Below, piece by piece: positions 45,948 to 59,756 of a stretch of 64,000 nucleotides of DNA (position 1 is the first letter of the stretch; each line of letters starts with the position of its first letter). The notes under the pieces are model-generated. The model was not told where the DNA came from. It worked only from the letters and a program-made list of their open reading frames with translations, and searched no databases. The DNA comes from an uncultured Chloroflexia bacterium (GTDB lineage Bacteria > Chloroflexota > Limnocylindria > Limnocylindrales > CSP1-4), in contig CAVVYR010000006.1 in NCBI GenBank assembly GCA_963752475.1, positions 799,074 through 863,073 on the forward strand. The letters run 5' to 3'. A program made the position numbers and the translations under genes.

Positions 45948-47108
45948 TCAGGGGCGCAGCCTCTTCCACAGCTCGGCGATGGCGATATTGGCCGCACGCC
46001 GGCGTCCGGTGTCACCCCCGCGGAAGGCCGTGCGCGTGACCGTCTCGGTCCGGCCCTCGAGGTCGAGGCCGATCTCGACCTGCATGTCGTCGCCGTGTTC
46101 GCGGCCGATGATGGCCAGGCCGATGTGCGTTCCCGCCCGACGGCGCACGTCGGCGGCGAGGAGGACGGCGTCGGGCGCCTCGCGCCGGACTTCCGACAGT
46201 GCCACGAACGGCGCCTGGCCCAGGAGGAGGCCGAGGTAGCCCCCCGTTCCGACCTCGGCCAGCGCGAGACGGCGATCCGCGAGCAGCGGGACCAGGGCAT
46301 CGAGCCAGTCCTCGTCGTCGGCCGCGAAGACATAAGGGTCGACCCGGGGGCTCAGGCTGGCGATGGCCTCGGCCACGATCTCCCTGGCCGTGCGCCCGGC
46401 GGCGGCCACTGCGCTGACCCGGACATCGACGAAGTCGGCACGAGCGTACGTTGCCATGCGAGGGTTCTCCGCCCTGAGCAGATCGCTGCCGACGACGTCG
46501 ACGAGGGCGGATTCGCCGATGCCCACGAGGTGCAGCGTGCGGGTGGCCCGGTCCAGCCCGAGCCCACGCGCCTGCAATCGAGGCAGCACGTGGTCGCGCC
46601 ACATGGGCTTCATCTCGCGGGGAGGGCCGGGCAGTGCCACGACCACCTGGTCCTCGTGGTCGATCCACCAGCCGGGCGCGGTGCCATTGGGGTTGCCCAT
46701 GGCCTCGGCGCTGGGGATGAGCCAAGCCTGCTTGAGGTTGACGTCGGAGAAGGGGAGTCCTCGGGCAGCCCACAGGTCGCGCAGCCAGGTCTCCAACCCG
46801 GGGTCGACCACTGGTGTCTCACCGAGCGCAGCGGCGATGGACTCGCGTGTGAGATCGTCGGGCGTGGGTCCGAGACCGCCCGTGGTCACGACCAGGTCCA
46901 CCCGCGCCAGCGCGTCACGGAGAGCTGCCGACACCACCTCCAGGTCATCGGGCAGTTGGCTCATGCGTGAGACCTCCACGCCAAGCTGCGTCAACTGACG
47001 CGCGATGTCACCGCTGTTGGTGTCTCCAGTCTCGCCCGCGAGCAGCTCAGCGCCGATGGCCAGCATCTCGGCAGTTGCGATGGGGGAGGGCTTGGTGCGA
47101 TCGGGCAT
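45948..47108 (-). CDS. cinA: CinA-like protein (MocF domain plus degenerate PncC domain)
   Basis: IGAELL.G, TGGLGPTPDDLT, NPNGTAPG, LPGPPREM, GIGES. Confidence 0.85.
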   Translation of the reverse strand: MPDRTKPSPIATAEMLAIGAELLAGETGDTNSGDIARQLTQLGVEVSRMSQLPDDLEVVSAALRDALARVDLVVTTGGLGPTPDDLTRESIAAALGETPVVDPGLETWLRDLWAARGLPFSDVNLKQAWLIPSAEAMGNPNGTAPGWWIDHEDQVVVALPGPPREMKPMWRDHVLPRLQARGLGLDRATRTLHLVGIGESALVDVVGSDLLRAENPRMATYARADFVDVRVSAVAAAGRTAREIVAEAIASLSPRVDPYVFAADDEDWLDALVPLLADRRLALAEVGTGGYLGLLLGQAPFVALSEVRREAPDAVLLAADVRRRAGTHIGLAIIGREHGDDMQVEIGLDLEGRTETVTRTAFRGGDTGRRRAANIAIAELWKRLRP

Positions 47109-47206
47109 CTCCTTCGAGTCTAGCCGGTCGCACTTGACCGACAGAGGACGATTGCGGAGAGGGCCGCGAGCATTCTCCGACGGCCCCGCCCAGCGAGGGG
47201 GATGTG

Positions 47207-47638
47207 ATGGGCACCGAGCAGGACGCCGAGCACTACATCGACGGCGCGGTCGAGACGGTCAATGCGCGCGACTGGGAGGGCTACGGCGCGTTCTTCGCCG
47301 AGGATGTTGCGATGCGTTTCCCCGGAGCGATAGACGGGAGCGTGAGCGGCCGAGCCGCGCGGGTCAGGTTCGTGCAGGGCATCATCAGGGCCTTCCCTGA
47401 CGGGCGCATCCGGCGGGTACGGGTCTTCGGCTCGGGCGAGTGGGGCTGCTGCGAGTTCGCCTTCGAGGGCACCAATACCGGTCCTCTCGGCAACCCCGAT
47501 GGATCGGACACGCCCCCGACCGGCCAGGTCGCAGCCTTTCCCTACTGCGTCGTGGCTCGCTTCGAGGATGGCCTCATCGCCGAGTTCGACGAGTACTTCG
47601 ATCGACTCGAGATGCTCGGCCAGCTGGGCCTGGCCTAG
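47207..47638 (+). CDS. SnoaL-like/ester cyclase (NTF2 fold)
   Basis: AFPD, GTNTG.L, PPTG, EYFD...ML.QLG. Confidence 0.85.
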   Translation: MGTEQDAEHYIDGAVETVNARDWEGYGAFFAEDVAMRFPGAIDGSVSGRAARVRFVQGIIRAFPDGRIRRVRVFGSGEWGCCEFAFEGTNTGPLGNPDGSDTPPTGQVAAFPYCVVARFEDGLIAEFDEYFDRLEMLGQLGLA

Positions 47639-47650
47639 CGGCGCGAAGCG

Positions 47651-50600
47651 GTGGAGGCGCGCACCGGCGAAGCGGGCCGCACCTTCCTGATCGCTGACAT
47701 CCGCGGCTACACCACCTTCACCGCTACGCACGGCGACCTCGCCGGGTCGAGACTGGCAGTGGAGTTCGCGACCATCACGGCTGAGGCCGTGGAAGCCTGG
47801 TCCGGACGGCTCGTGGAGCTGCGCGGTGACGAGGCGCTGTGCCTCTTCGGCGATCCGGAGGCTGCGCTGCGGGCAGCGGTCGAACTGCAGGATGCCTTCG
47901 GCCACGAGTCAGCTGCTCAGCCGGCGCTGCCCCTTGAGGTCGGCATCGGTCTGGCAGCCGGTGAGGCGGTCCCGGTAGACGACGGCTTCCGGGGCTCGAC
48001 GCTCAACCTCGCCGCGCGACTGTGCAACATCTCCGAGGCCGGTGAGATCCACGCTAGCGTATCGCTGATCAAGATCGTCGACGCGGTCGAAGGGCTCCGC
48101 TTCGAGGAGGTCGGCGACCTGGATCTCAAGGGCCTGAAGGGAGATCGTCGCGCGTACCGGGTCCTTCCACTCGAGAAGTGCACACCGTGCCCGGAGGCTG
48201 CCCGCCCGTCGCACCACGATGGCGCAGGACTGCTACCGCCGGAGTTGGACATGAGCGCGGCGCTCGTGGGACGAGAGGCCGAGATGCGCTGGCTCTCGTG
48301 GCACTGGCGGCGTGCGCGCCAGGGGCATACCCGGGTCGTGCTGCTGGCGGGCGTCCCCGGGGTGGGCAAGACGCGGCTGGCAGCGGAGCTGGCGGCACAG
48401 GCATCCGGCGACGGAGCCAGCGTCGGCTATGAAACGACGCCGAGGGTGGAGGCACAGGGTGCCGGATCGTCCCCGGGCGGTGAAGGGCCGGTGCTGCGGA
48501 TCCTTGATGGCGCGGCTGGGACGGAGTGGGCACCACCGGGTGCCGGACCTGACGAGGTTGGTGCGCTCGCCCACCTGACGGTGGTGATCCGCGGGGTCGG
48601 TGGCGAGCAGCTGGACGGCGACAGCGCGGCCCTGGCCGGACCGTCGCGCCTCGAGGTCCAGCCACTGGGCCTCGATGGCATCAGGGCCCTGGGGTCGGCC
48701 CTCGCACCCGCAACGGCTGATGAACTTCCGGTCGCCCGCATCCTCGAATCATCGGGAGGTCTCCCAGAGGCGGCCCAGGCGGCCATCGCTGAGTGGTCGG
48801 AGCGCCTCGAGGCCGAGCGCAGCGTGGGTGCGGACGCCGGCTCCCTGCCGGGTGAGTGCTCCAGATTCGTAGGGCGCGTCCGTGAGCTGCAGGGCCTGCG
48901 GTCCCTGCTCGAGCACGCCCGCCTCCTGGCGCTGACCGGCCCGCCGGGAACGGGTAAGACACGACTAGCCATGCAGCTCGCACGTGAGGTCTCGGAGAGC
49001 TTCCGCGGCGGCACGTTCTTCGTTCCCTTGGCGTCGCTACGCGATGAGGCTCTCGTGGGAGCGGCCATCGCACAGGCCCTTCAGCTGCGCGAGAGCGCCG
49101 AGGCTACGCCGCTCGACATCGTGAAGGTCTACCTCGCAGATCGCGAGGTCCTGCTACTGCTGGACAACTTCGAGCACCTCTCTGGCGCCGCCGCGCAAGT
49201 CGGTGAGCTGCTGTCCGCAGCGCCCCGGTCGAAGGTCGTGGTGACGAGTCGAGCCGCTCTGGGCCTGGCGGGTGAGCAGGTCTACCCGGTGCCGCCCTTG
49301 CGCCTGCCGGACACGGGTGACGACACGGATATCGAGGCCGTGGCCGCCTGTGACGCCGTTGCGTTATTCGTCCTGCGCGCACGAGCAGTCGATCCCGAGT
49401 TCGACCTGCTGCCGGAGAACGTCGAGGCGATCTCGAAGATCGTGGCGCGCCTGGACGGCGTGCCCCTGGCGATCGAACTCGCGGCCGCACGGATCCGGAC
49501 GCTCGGACCCGCGGAGCTGCTCGAGCACCTCGCCCGACGGCTACCGCTCCTTACCGGCGGCGCGGTCGATCACGCGAAGCGGCACCAGGCCATGCGCGAT
49601 GCCATCGGCTGGAGCTACGAGCTGCTCGACGGTGACGAGCAGGCCGTGCTGCGCAACCTGTCGGTCTTCCGTGGCGGCTTCACGCTCGATGCCGGTGCGC
49701 GCGTAGCCGACCGATCGGAGGTCGAGGCCATCGACCTCATCGACAGCCTCGTGGCCAAGAGCCTGGTCTTCCGCAGCGATCGCGGCGAGAAGGGTCGCTT
49801 CGCGATGCTGGAGCTCGTTCGCGAGTACGCCTCCGACGAGCTGGTCGCGCAGGACGAGCAGCGCGTGGCCCTCGACCGCCACGTGGCCGTCTACGTGGAT
49901 CTGGTCCAGGAGCTCGAGCCGCTCTTCGAGGGAGGCGCGCCGGGTGAAGCGAATGGGCGGTTGGCACCCGAGGTGGATAACCTGCGAGCCGCATTGGAGC
50001 ACGCCTGCCGGAACGGTGATGTCGAGTCGTGCCTGTTGCTGGCGGCCTGCCCATGGCGCTTCTGGCAGGGCCTCGGCCAGCTGGCCGAGGGTCGCTCCTG
50101 GGCGGAGGAGGCCCTGGCGTTGTCAGGCGGCTCGATCGGCGCGCGCGCCGGGGCGACCGCGGCGCTCGGTGGCCTGACCTACTGGCAGGGTGACTTCGCG
50201 GTCTCTGGCGAGAGCTACCGGCGAGCGCGGGATCTCTACACGGCAATCGGCGACAAGGCTGCCGAGACCAACGCCGTCTACAGCCTGAGCCTGGTGGCGA
50301 CGTACGAGGGTGACCTCGACGCAGCCGACCGCTACGCCGATGAGGCCATGGAGTTGGCACGGGGCTCCGGGAACGAAGCAATGGTGGCTGAGGTGTTGGC
50401 GGCGCAGTGGCTCGTCGCCTGGCAGAAGCGTGAGCTGGCACGCGCCGAGGGCCTCGCCGAGGCCGCGCTGGAGATCGCTCGGCGCCTGGGGCTTTCCGCG
50501 ATGACTGCCACCAGCCTGATCGGACTCGGTGGCATCGCCTTCCAGCAGGGACGAGTGGACGAGGCTCTCGGACGGGCGGGCGAAGCCCTGGAGCTGGCCA

Positions 50601-50917
50601 TCGAGATCGAGAATGCTCACACTCAGATCTTCGCCTTGGACTCGATCGCATCGTTCATTGCCGAGCGCGCTCCCGTCGAGGCTGTGCGCCTGTGCTCGGC
50701 GGCAGCGGCGCTCAACCGGGAGCATGGAGGCGGCTGGACGCTCGAGGTCATGGGAGTCGAGTGCGCCAGCTCGGTCGCGGAGGGACTGCTGGCCGAGGAG
50801 GCTCTGGAGTCGGCCAGTGCGGAGGGCGAGCATCTGGGCCTTGCCGAGGCCGTGGAGGTTGCGCGATCGGTCCTGCTCGAGACCCATGTCAGCCCGGCGA
50901 GAGCCCCAGCGAGTTGA
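47651..50917 (+). CDS. Class III nucleotide cyclase-STAND ATPase-TPR protein
   Basis: ADIRGYT, GDE, NLAARL, LKG; P-loops GVPGVGKT and GPPGTGKT; LDNFEH, LDGVPLAIELAAAR; TPR-like tail. Confidence 0.9.
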   Translation: MEARTGEAGRTFLIADIRGYTTFTATHGDLAGSRLAVEFATITAEAVEAWSGRLVELRGDEALCLFGDPEAALRAAVELQDAFGHESAAQPALPLEVGIGLAAGEAVPVDDGFRGSTLNLAARLCNISEAGEIHASVSLIKIVDAVEGLRFEEVGDLDLKGLKGDRRAYRVLPLEKCTPCPEAARPSHHDGAGLLPPELDMSAALVGREAEMRWLSWHWRRARQGHTRVVLLAGVPGVGKTRLAAELAAQASGDGASVGYETTPRVEAQGAGSSPGGEGPVLRILDGAAGTEWAPPGAGPDEVGALAHLTVVIRGVGGEQLDGDSAALAGPSRLEVQPLGLDGIRALGSALAPATADELPVARILESSGGLPEAAQAAIAEWSERLEAERSVGADAGSLPGECSRFVGRVRELQGLRSLLEHARLLALTGPPGTGKTRLAMQLAREVSESFRGGTFFVPLASLRDEALVGAAIAQALQLRESAEATPLDIVKVYLADREVLLLLDNFEHLSGAAAQVGELLSAAPRSKVVVTSRAALGLAGEQVYPVPPLRLPDTGDDTDIEAVAACDAVALFVLRARAVDPEFDLLPENVEAISKIVARLDGVPLAIELAAARIRTLGPAELLEHLARRLPLLTGGAVDHAKRHQAMRDAIGWSYELLDGDEQAVLRNLSVFRGGFTLDAGARVADRSEVEAIDLIDSLVAKSLVFRSDRGEKGRFAMLELVREYASDELVAQDEQRVALDRHVAVYVDLVQELEPLFEGGAPGEANGRLAPEVDNLRAALEHACRNGDVESCLLLAACPWRFWQGLGQLAEGRSWAEEALALSGGSIGARAGATAALGGLTYWQGDFAVSGESYRRARDLYTAIGDKAAETNAVYSLSLVATYEGDLDAADRYADEAMELARGSGNEAMVAEVLAAQWLVAWQKRELARAEGLAEAALEIARRLGLSAMTATSLIGLGGIAFQQGRVDEALGRAGEALELAIEIENAHTQIFALDSIASFIAERAPVEAVRLCSAAAALNREHGGGWTLEVMGVECASSVAEGLLAEEALESASAEGEHLGLAEAVEVARSVLLETHVSPARAPAS

Positions 50918-50943
50918 GTAGCCGTTGAGGCGAGGAGGTCACC

Positions 50944-51368
50944 ATGGTCAGCAAGGCGGACATCGAGCCGTTCGTCGAGGGCGGCGCCGAGGCGGTGAAT
51001 GTCGGCGATCGGGATGCCTACGGGGCGCTCTACGCCAAGGACATGGTCATCCGCTCGCCCGGCACGCCAGGGGAGAGCGTGGGTCGCGAAGCGAGTGTCC
51101 AGTTCGGGAGGACGTTCGCCACGGCATTCCCCGACGCCCACGTCGAGCCGGTGCGAGCTTTCGGCGAGGGAGACCTCGTGTGCATGGAGGTACGCTTCCG
51201 GGGCACGCCCACTGGCGCTCTCCCGACGCCACAGGGCGAGACTGCTGCAACCGGCCGGACGGTCGAGTTCCCGTACTGCATCGTGGCCCGCTTCAGGGAC
51301 GGTGAGGTCGTCGAGATGCCGAGTACTTCGACCAGATGACGATGCTCACGCAGCTCGGCCTGAACTGA
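50944..51368 (+). CDS. SnoaL-like/ester cyclase, paralog; frameshift near 51320
   Basis: AFPD..FPYCIVARF.DG; EYFDQMTMLTQLGLN* continues in a shifted frame. Confidence 0.8.
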
Positions 51369-51424
51369 CCGCCCACGCAGTGGCCCTTCCCACGTCCACG
51401 GTTGACGCACCCGGTCGCTCTGTG

Positions 51425-51451
51425 TTATCACTCTAAGCCTGAGAGTGCTAA
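51425..51451 (+). promoter_or_regulatory. CIRCE element (HrcA operator) overlapping the groEL promoter
   Basis: TTATCACTC-N9-GAGTGCTAA, one mismatch to consensus; TTGACG at 51402. Confidence 0.9.
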
Positions 51452-51472
51452 CCAACCACCACCAGCGGCTGA

Positions 51473-53197
<1,725 letters not shown>

Positions 53198-53541
53198 CCG
53201 ACACCCTCGGAGCGATGGCTCCGTCCTGATCGCAGGTAGCCCGGTCGTGAGGCCGGGCTTCCTGCTGTCTGTGCCCGGATCCGCGCGAGTGTGCGCCCTG
53301 CTCGGGTATCCTGACCATGCACGTGGGGGGCTCGTGCATCGCTGCCCCTGCCTGACTACCGACGAGGCTGACCCTGACGACACCAACGGACCCACGGGAC
53401 GAAACGGCCGCGACGCCCGAAGACGAGGCGCCCACGACCGAGCCGACCCCTGAGGCCACACGAGAACCCGAGCCGGAGCCAGAACCGGCCCTGCCGCCCG
53501 AACCGGAGCCCGAACCTGACGAGCAGCCCGGCGAACCCAGC

Positions 53542-54363
53542 GTGGGCGAGGCCATCGGCGGAGTGCGCGCGGCCTTCATGCGCATGCTCGATGCTCATCT
53601 CACGCTGCTGCGTGCCGAGCTGGCGATCACCGGCAAGGAGCTCGGCATCATCGCCGGTCTCGCTCTCGGCGCGCTCGTCGTCCTGCTGCTGGTGCTGGGC
53701 CTGGTCTACATCGGCGGCTTCCTCTTCTTCGGGGAGTGGCTCTTCGGCTCCATGGGTTGGGGCATCATCCACGGGACGTTGCTCGGCTTTGGCTTCATCG
53801 GCTTCGTCGCCATCAACCTCGCCGGTGGGGATGTGCGCGCGTACGGCGGGGGCGCGCTGGTCGGACTGGCCGTCGCCGTCCTCCTCGGCGCTGTGCTCGT
53901 CAGCAACGTCGGCAACGAGGGTGGCGAAGCGGTCCGCGAGTGGCTGGTCGGCGAGTTCCAGACGGACCGGCTGCCCTTCGGCGACGAGTGGCTCGTGCTC
54001 CTCTTGGGCATCGTCATCGCCGGCCTCATCGGCGGCATCGTGGCGCTCGTCGCCAGCTGGCGCACGCAGGCCGGCCATCCCTTCGCCATGCTCATGACGG
54101 GCCTCGTGGTCGGTGCGATCATCGGCGCCATCTGGTTCCCCACGCGATACCAGGCAGCCGACGGGGTCATGGGCCTCGCCATCATGGTCGGACTCATCAC
54201 TTGGATCGCGGCCGGCGGGCTCCTGGCCTCGCGTCGCGGCTTCGACCCGGAGGCGCGCTACGCGGACCTCATCCCGCGTGAGTCGATGGCCGCGTTCGAG
54301 CGCACCAAGGACTTCATGACCCAACAGTGGGAACGCCAGAAGGACAGGATGCTGGGCCGATGA
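53542..54363 (+). CDS. Membrane protein (DUF1469/holin-like); a Pro/Glu-rich N-terminal extension probably starts near 53334-53352 across an indel
   Basis: H..LLRAEL followed by several TM helices; the in-frame upstream region is an open EPEP-rich stretch. Confidence 0.7.
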   Translation: MGEAIGGVRAAFMRMLDAHLTLLRAELAITGKELGIIAGLALGALVVLLLVLGLVYIGGFLFFGEWLFGSMGWGIIHGTLLGFGFIGFVAINLAGGDVRAYGGGALVGLAVAVLLGAVLVSNVGNEGGEAVREWLVGEFQTDRLPFGDEWLVLLLGIVIAGLIGGIVALVASWRTQAGHPFAMLMTGLVVGAIIGAIWFPTRYQAADGVMGLAIMVGLITWIAAGGLLASRRGFDPEARYADLIPRESMAAFERTKDFMTQQWERQKDRMLGR

Positions 54364-54992
54364 CCGACCGCATGGAACCGCAGGCCGACCTCGACGACGA
54401 GGGCTTCGAGCGCATGCTGGCCAAGCACTCGGAGCCGACCGCTGAGGTCCGTGAGGCGATGGAGCGCATCGAGGCCGCCCGCGTCGAGCTGAGCGGCTCG
54501 CTCGATCAGCTTGCCGACGCGACGCACTCGGCGCTCGACGTCCCGGCCAAGATCAAGCGAAACCCGGCCAAGACGGCGGCGCTCGTCGGTGGCACCGGCT
54601 TCCTGCTCGTGGGTGGGCCCAGGCGCGTGGCGCGCTTCGTCGGCCGGCGCGTCTTCCCGCAGCGTCCTGATCCACACGCGGGCATCCTGCCGCCCGAGAT
54701 CGAGAAGGTGCTCAAGGACTCCGGCGTGGCCAAGGATCCGTCGGTTCGCCGCGCGCTGAACAAGGACTTCGCCGAGTACCTCAAGTCGAAGGGCCGGTAC
54801 GAGCCCGAGCCGACCGCGGCCGCTTCGTTCTGGCGCACCTTCGATCGCGTGGCGGGCCCGCTGGGCACCGCCGGCGCGCGCGTCATGGTCCAGCGCCTGA
54901 TGGAAGCGGAGCAGAACCGCGCCATCTATCGCACGGAGATGCGCGAGCGCTCCATCGCTCGGGCGGAGGCGAAGAACAAGCCCGGAGCGTAG
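54360..54992 (+). CDS. DUF3618-like protein
   Basis: IEAAR.EL..SLD.L...NP...TM segment; ATGA overlap. Confidence 0.7.
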   Translation: MTDRMEPQADLDDEGFERMLAKHSEPTAEVREAMERIEAARVELSGSLDQLADATHSALDVPAKIKRNPAKTAALVGGTGFLLVGGPRRVARFVGRRVFPQRPDPHAGILPPEIEKVLKDSGVAKDPSVRRALNKDFAEYLKSKGRYEPEPTAAASFWRTFDRVAGPLGTAGARVMVQRLMEAEQNRAIYRTEMRERSIARAEAKNKPGA

Positions 54993-55003
54993 TCGCCGGC
55001 GGC

Positions 55004-55089
55004 TGGTGCGGAAGGGGGGATTCGAACCCCCACGCCCTCGCGGGCACTGGCTCCTAAGGCCAGCGTGTCTGCCATTTCACCACTTCCGC
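55004..55089 (-). tRNA. tRNA-Leu (anticodon TAG), CCA encoded
   Basis: GCGGAAG/CTTCCGC acceptor stem, CTGGC-CT TAG GA-GCCAG anticodon arm, long variable arm, GGTTCGAATCC. Confidence 0.97.
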
Positions 55090-55151
55090 CCTGCAGCAGT
55101 GTAGGACAGCCGAAGGACCGATAGACTCTGGCCCGAAAGGGGTACCTACCG

Positions 55152-56186
55152 ATGTCGTCAATGCGCTCTACCCGTCTCGCGGCCGCGGCCGCCACCTCAC
55201 TCCTCATGGCCGTCGTGCCGGCGAGCGCCTACGCGCAGGAGCTGGAGTGCGACATCCTCGGCACGGAAGGACCCGATCGGCTCCGCGGCACCGAGGCGGC
55301 CGAGGTCATCTGTGGTCTGGGCGGCGACGACACCATCCGCGGCGGTGCGGGCGACACCCTGCTGGGTGGTAGCGGCGACGACGTCCTCATCATCGATGAG
55401 GACGCTGGGGCCGCGGAGCTCATCGGGGGCACGGCCGAGGGCGGATCCGGCGATGACCGTATCTTCGGTGGACCCGGACCTGACACGCTCGATGGCGGCA
55501 ACGGCAGGGACATCCTGCGTGGTCGCGCCGGCGACGACATCCTGCGAGGCGGCTTCGGTGCGGACAACATCGCCGGTGCCGACGGCAACGACCTCGCCGA
55601 GGGTGGCGACGGCCGCGACAGGATCATGGGCGATGCCGGTGATGACGAGCTCGAGGGCAACGGTGGCGCCGACGTGGTCAAGGGCGGGGTCGGGAACGAT
55701 ACGCTCTACGGCGATCGCCTCAAGGACAGCGGAGCCGTGGCCGGGAAGGACACCCTGCAGGGTGGCCCCGGCAACGATCGACTCGTCGGCGGCGGCGGTG
55801 ATGACAGGCTCTTCGGTGGCGATGGCATCGACTGGCTGCTCGGCTGGGGCGGCGACGACCGACTCGAGGGCGGACACGGCAACGACCGTATGTACGGCCA
55901 TGGGGACGACGACCTCATCTTGGGCGAGCAGGGTCGTGACATCCTGTCCGGCGGCCGTGGCAACGACAAGCTGCGTGGCGGCTGGGGCCCGGACAGGCTC
56001 AACGGCGGTCGCGGCAACGACATCCTCATCGGCGGTGAGAGCGCTGACGTCATGGACGGCAAGGCAGGCGCGGATACCTTCCGAGCTACCGACGGCGACC
56101 GTGACACGCTCAACGGCGGCGCAGGGCGCGACGGCGGCTTCTGGGACCGGGGCCTGGACAAGCTCCAGAGCATCGAGCTCAAGTAG
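55152..56186 (+). CDS. Secreted hemolysin-type (RTX) Ca-binding repeat protein
   Basis: Signal peptide, then many GGxGxDxL nonapeptides. Confidence 0.9.
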   Translation: MSSMRSTRLAAAAATSLLMAVVPASAYAQELECDILGTEGPDRLRGTEAAEVICGLGGDDTIRGGAGDTLLGGSGDDVLIIDEDAGAAELIGGTAEGGSGDDRIFGGPGPDTLDGGNGRDILRGRAGDDILRGGFGADNIAGADGNDLAEGGDGRDRIMGDAGDDELEGNGGADVVKGGVGNDTLYGDRLKDSGAVAGKDTLQGGPGNDRLVGGGGDDRLFGGDGIDWLLGWGGDDRLEGGHGNDRMYGHGDDDLILGEQGRDILSGGRGNDKLRGGWGPDRLNGGRGNDILIGGESADVMDGKAGADTFRATDGDRDTLNGGAGRDGGFWDRGLDKLQSIELK

Positions 56187-56267
56187 CCCCAACGGCGCCG
56201 TGAGGCGCCAACCCTGCCTCGTCCCTATACTCTTCCGGCATCCCAAACGCATCGACCCAAGGATCCT

Positions 56268-57725
56268 GTGAACACCGAAATCCGCGAAGGCGACCAGAGC
56301 ACGATCGTGCTCGAGGTCCAGATCACCGACAAGGAACTCAAGAACGCCATCAATGAGGGCGTCCGCCACCTCGCCCGCCGCACGCGTATCCCCGGTTTCC
56401 GCCCGGGTAAGGCCCCGCGCGCGATGGTCGAGCGAGCCTATGGCATCGACCGCACGGACCCCGACGGCCCGGACCCCGTCTACGACGAGGCCCGCGAGCA
56501 CCTCTACCAGCGTACGGTGATCCAGGCGGTCACCGAGTCGGGCAAGGACGTGCTGGAGCTTCCGCGTGAGCCGGAGTGGACGCAGCTTCGAGGAGGGCGT
56601 CGGCGCAACCTACGAGGTCACCCTGCCGGTGCGCCCGGAGGTGGAGCTGGGTGACTACACCGAGTACCCCTTCGAGCCCACCGTCGAGGATGTCACCGAG
56701 GAGCAGATCGACCAGGTCATCGAGCAGCTGCGCGATCAGCAGGCGTCGCTCATCCCGGTCGAAGAGCGCGGTGCCGAGAACGAGGACTACGCGGTCATCA
56801 GCTTCGCCGGGACGCGTGACGGCCAGCCGGTCGAAGGCGCCCAGTCGGATCGCTTCCCGCTGGTCCTGGGCAAGGAACGCATGATCCCGGGCTTCGAGGC
56901 CAACCTCCTGGGCATGAAGGAGGAGGACGAGCGAACGTTCACGGTGACGTTCCCCGAGGACTACGCCGAGCCGAGCCTCCAGGGTGCGGAGGTCGAGTTC
57001 ACGGCGGTGCTGCTGGAGCTGCGCGAGCGCAAACTGCCGGAGGCCGATGACGACTTCGCGGGTCTCGTGGGCGAGTACGAGGACATGGCGGGCCTGCGGG
57101 CCGACCTCCAGAAGCGGATGGAGATCAATGCCCTGGACCGCGCCCGCCACCAGTTCGCGGACCGGATCATCGAGTACGCCAACGGCAACGCCACGCTGAC
57201 CCTGCCGGAGGTGCTGGTCGAGCGCGAGATCAACACCATGATCGACGAACTCAAGGTGCGTGTGGCCGAGCAGGGAATCGCCTACGACCAGTACCTCAAG
57301 GTCACCGAAAAGGACGAGGCCAGCCTGCGCGAGGAGTACAAGGAAGGCGCGGAACAGCGCGTCAAGACGCTGCTCGTGCTCGGTGCCATCGCTGAGAAGG
57401 AAGAGGTCACCGTCGACGAGGCTGACGTGCAGGCCGAGATCGACCGTGTGCTGGCCGACCCCAACGCCGGCGACAACATCAAGGAGTACCTCGCCTCGGA
57501 TCGCGGGCGGAACTACATCCGTTCACAGCTGCGGCGCTCGCAGACGGTCGAGATGCTGGCTGACCGCTGGATCGAGGCCCATCCGGAGTTCGAGAACGTG
57601 CAGCACCAGCACGGCCACTCGCACGATGAGGAGGACGTCGACGAGGAGGAGACGGTCGACCCGGTCTCCGAGGTCGTCGAGGAGGTCACCGAAGAGGTGG
57701 CCGAGGCCGAAGGAGAGACCAAGGC

Positions 57726-57729
<4 letters not shown>
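56268..57729 (+). CDS. tig: Trigger factor; one-base frameshift near 56583
   Basis: [20 protein letters not shown] domain; upstream of clpP. Confidence 0.93.
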
Positions 57730-58406
<677 letters not shown>

Positions 58407-58418
58407 GGAGAGCGTAGG

Positions 58419-59726
<1,308 letters not shown>

Positions 59727-59756
59727 GCACGGGTCCCATGGTGGGCGGTGCGTCGC

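Noticed and set aside
55004-55089. tRNA-Leu as an island integration site
   Set aside because: No integrase, no duplicated tRNA 3' end noticed, and no composition shift.
55260-56150. Periodic nucleotide repeats as a CRISPR or other DNA array
   Set aside because: They are degenerate coding repeats of the GGxGxD nonapeptide with no repeat-spacer structure.
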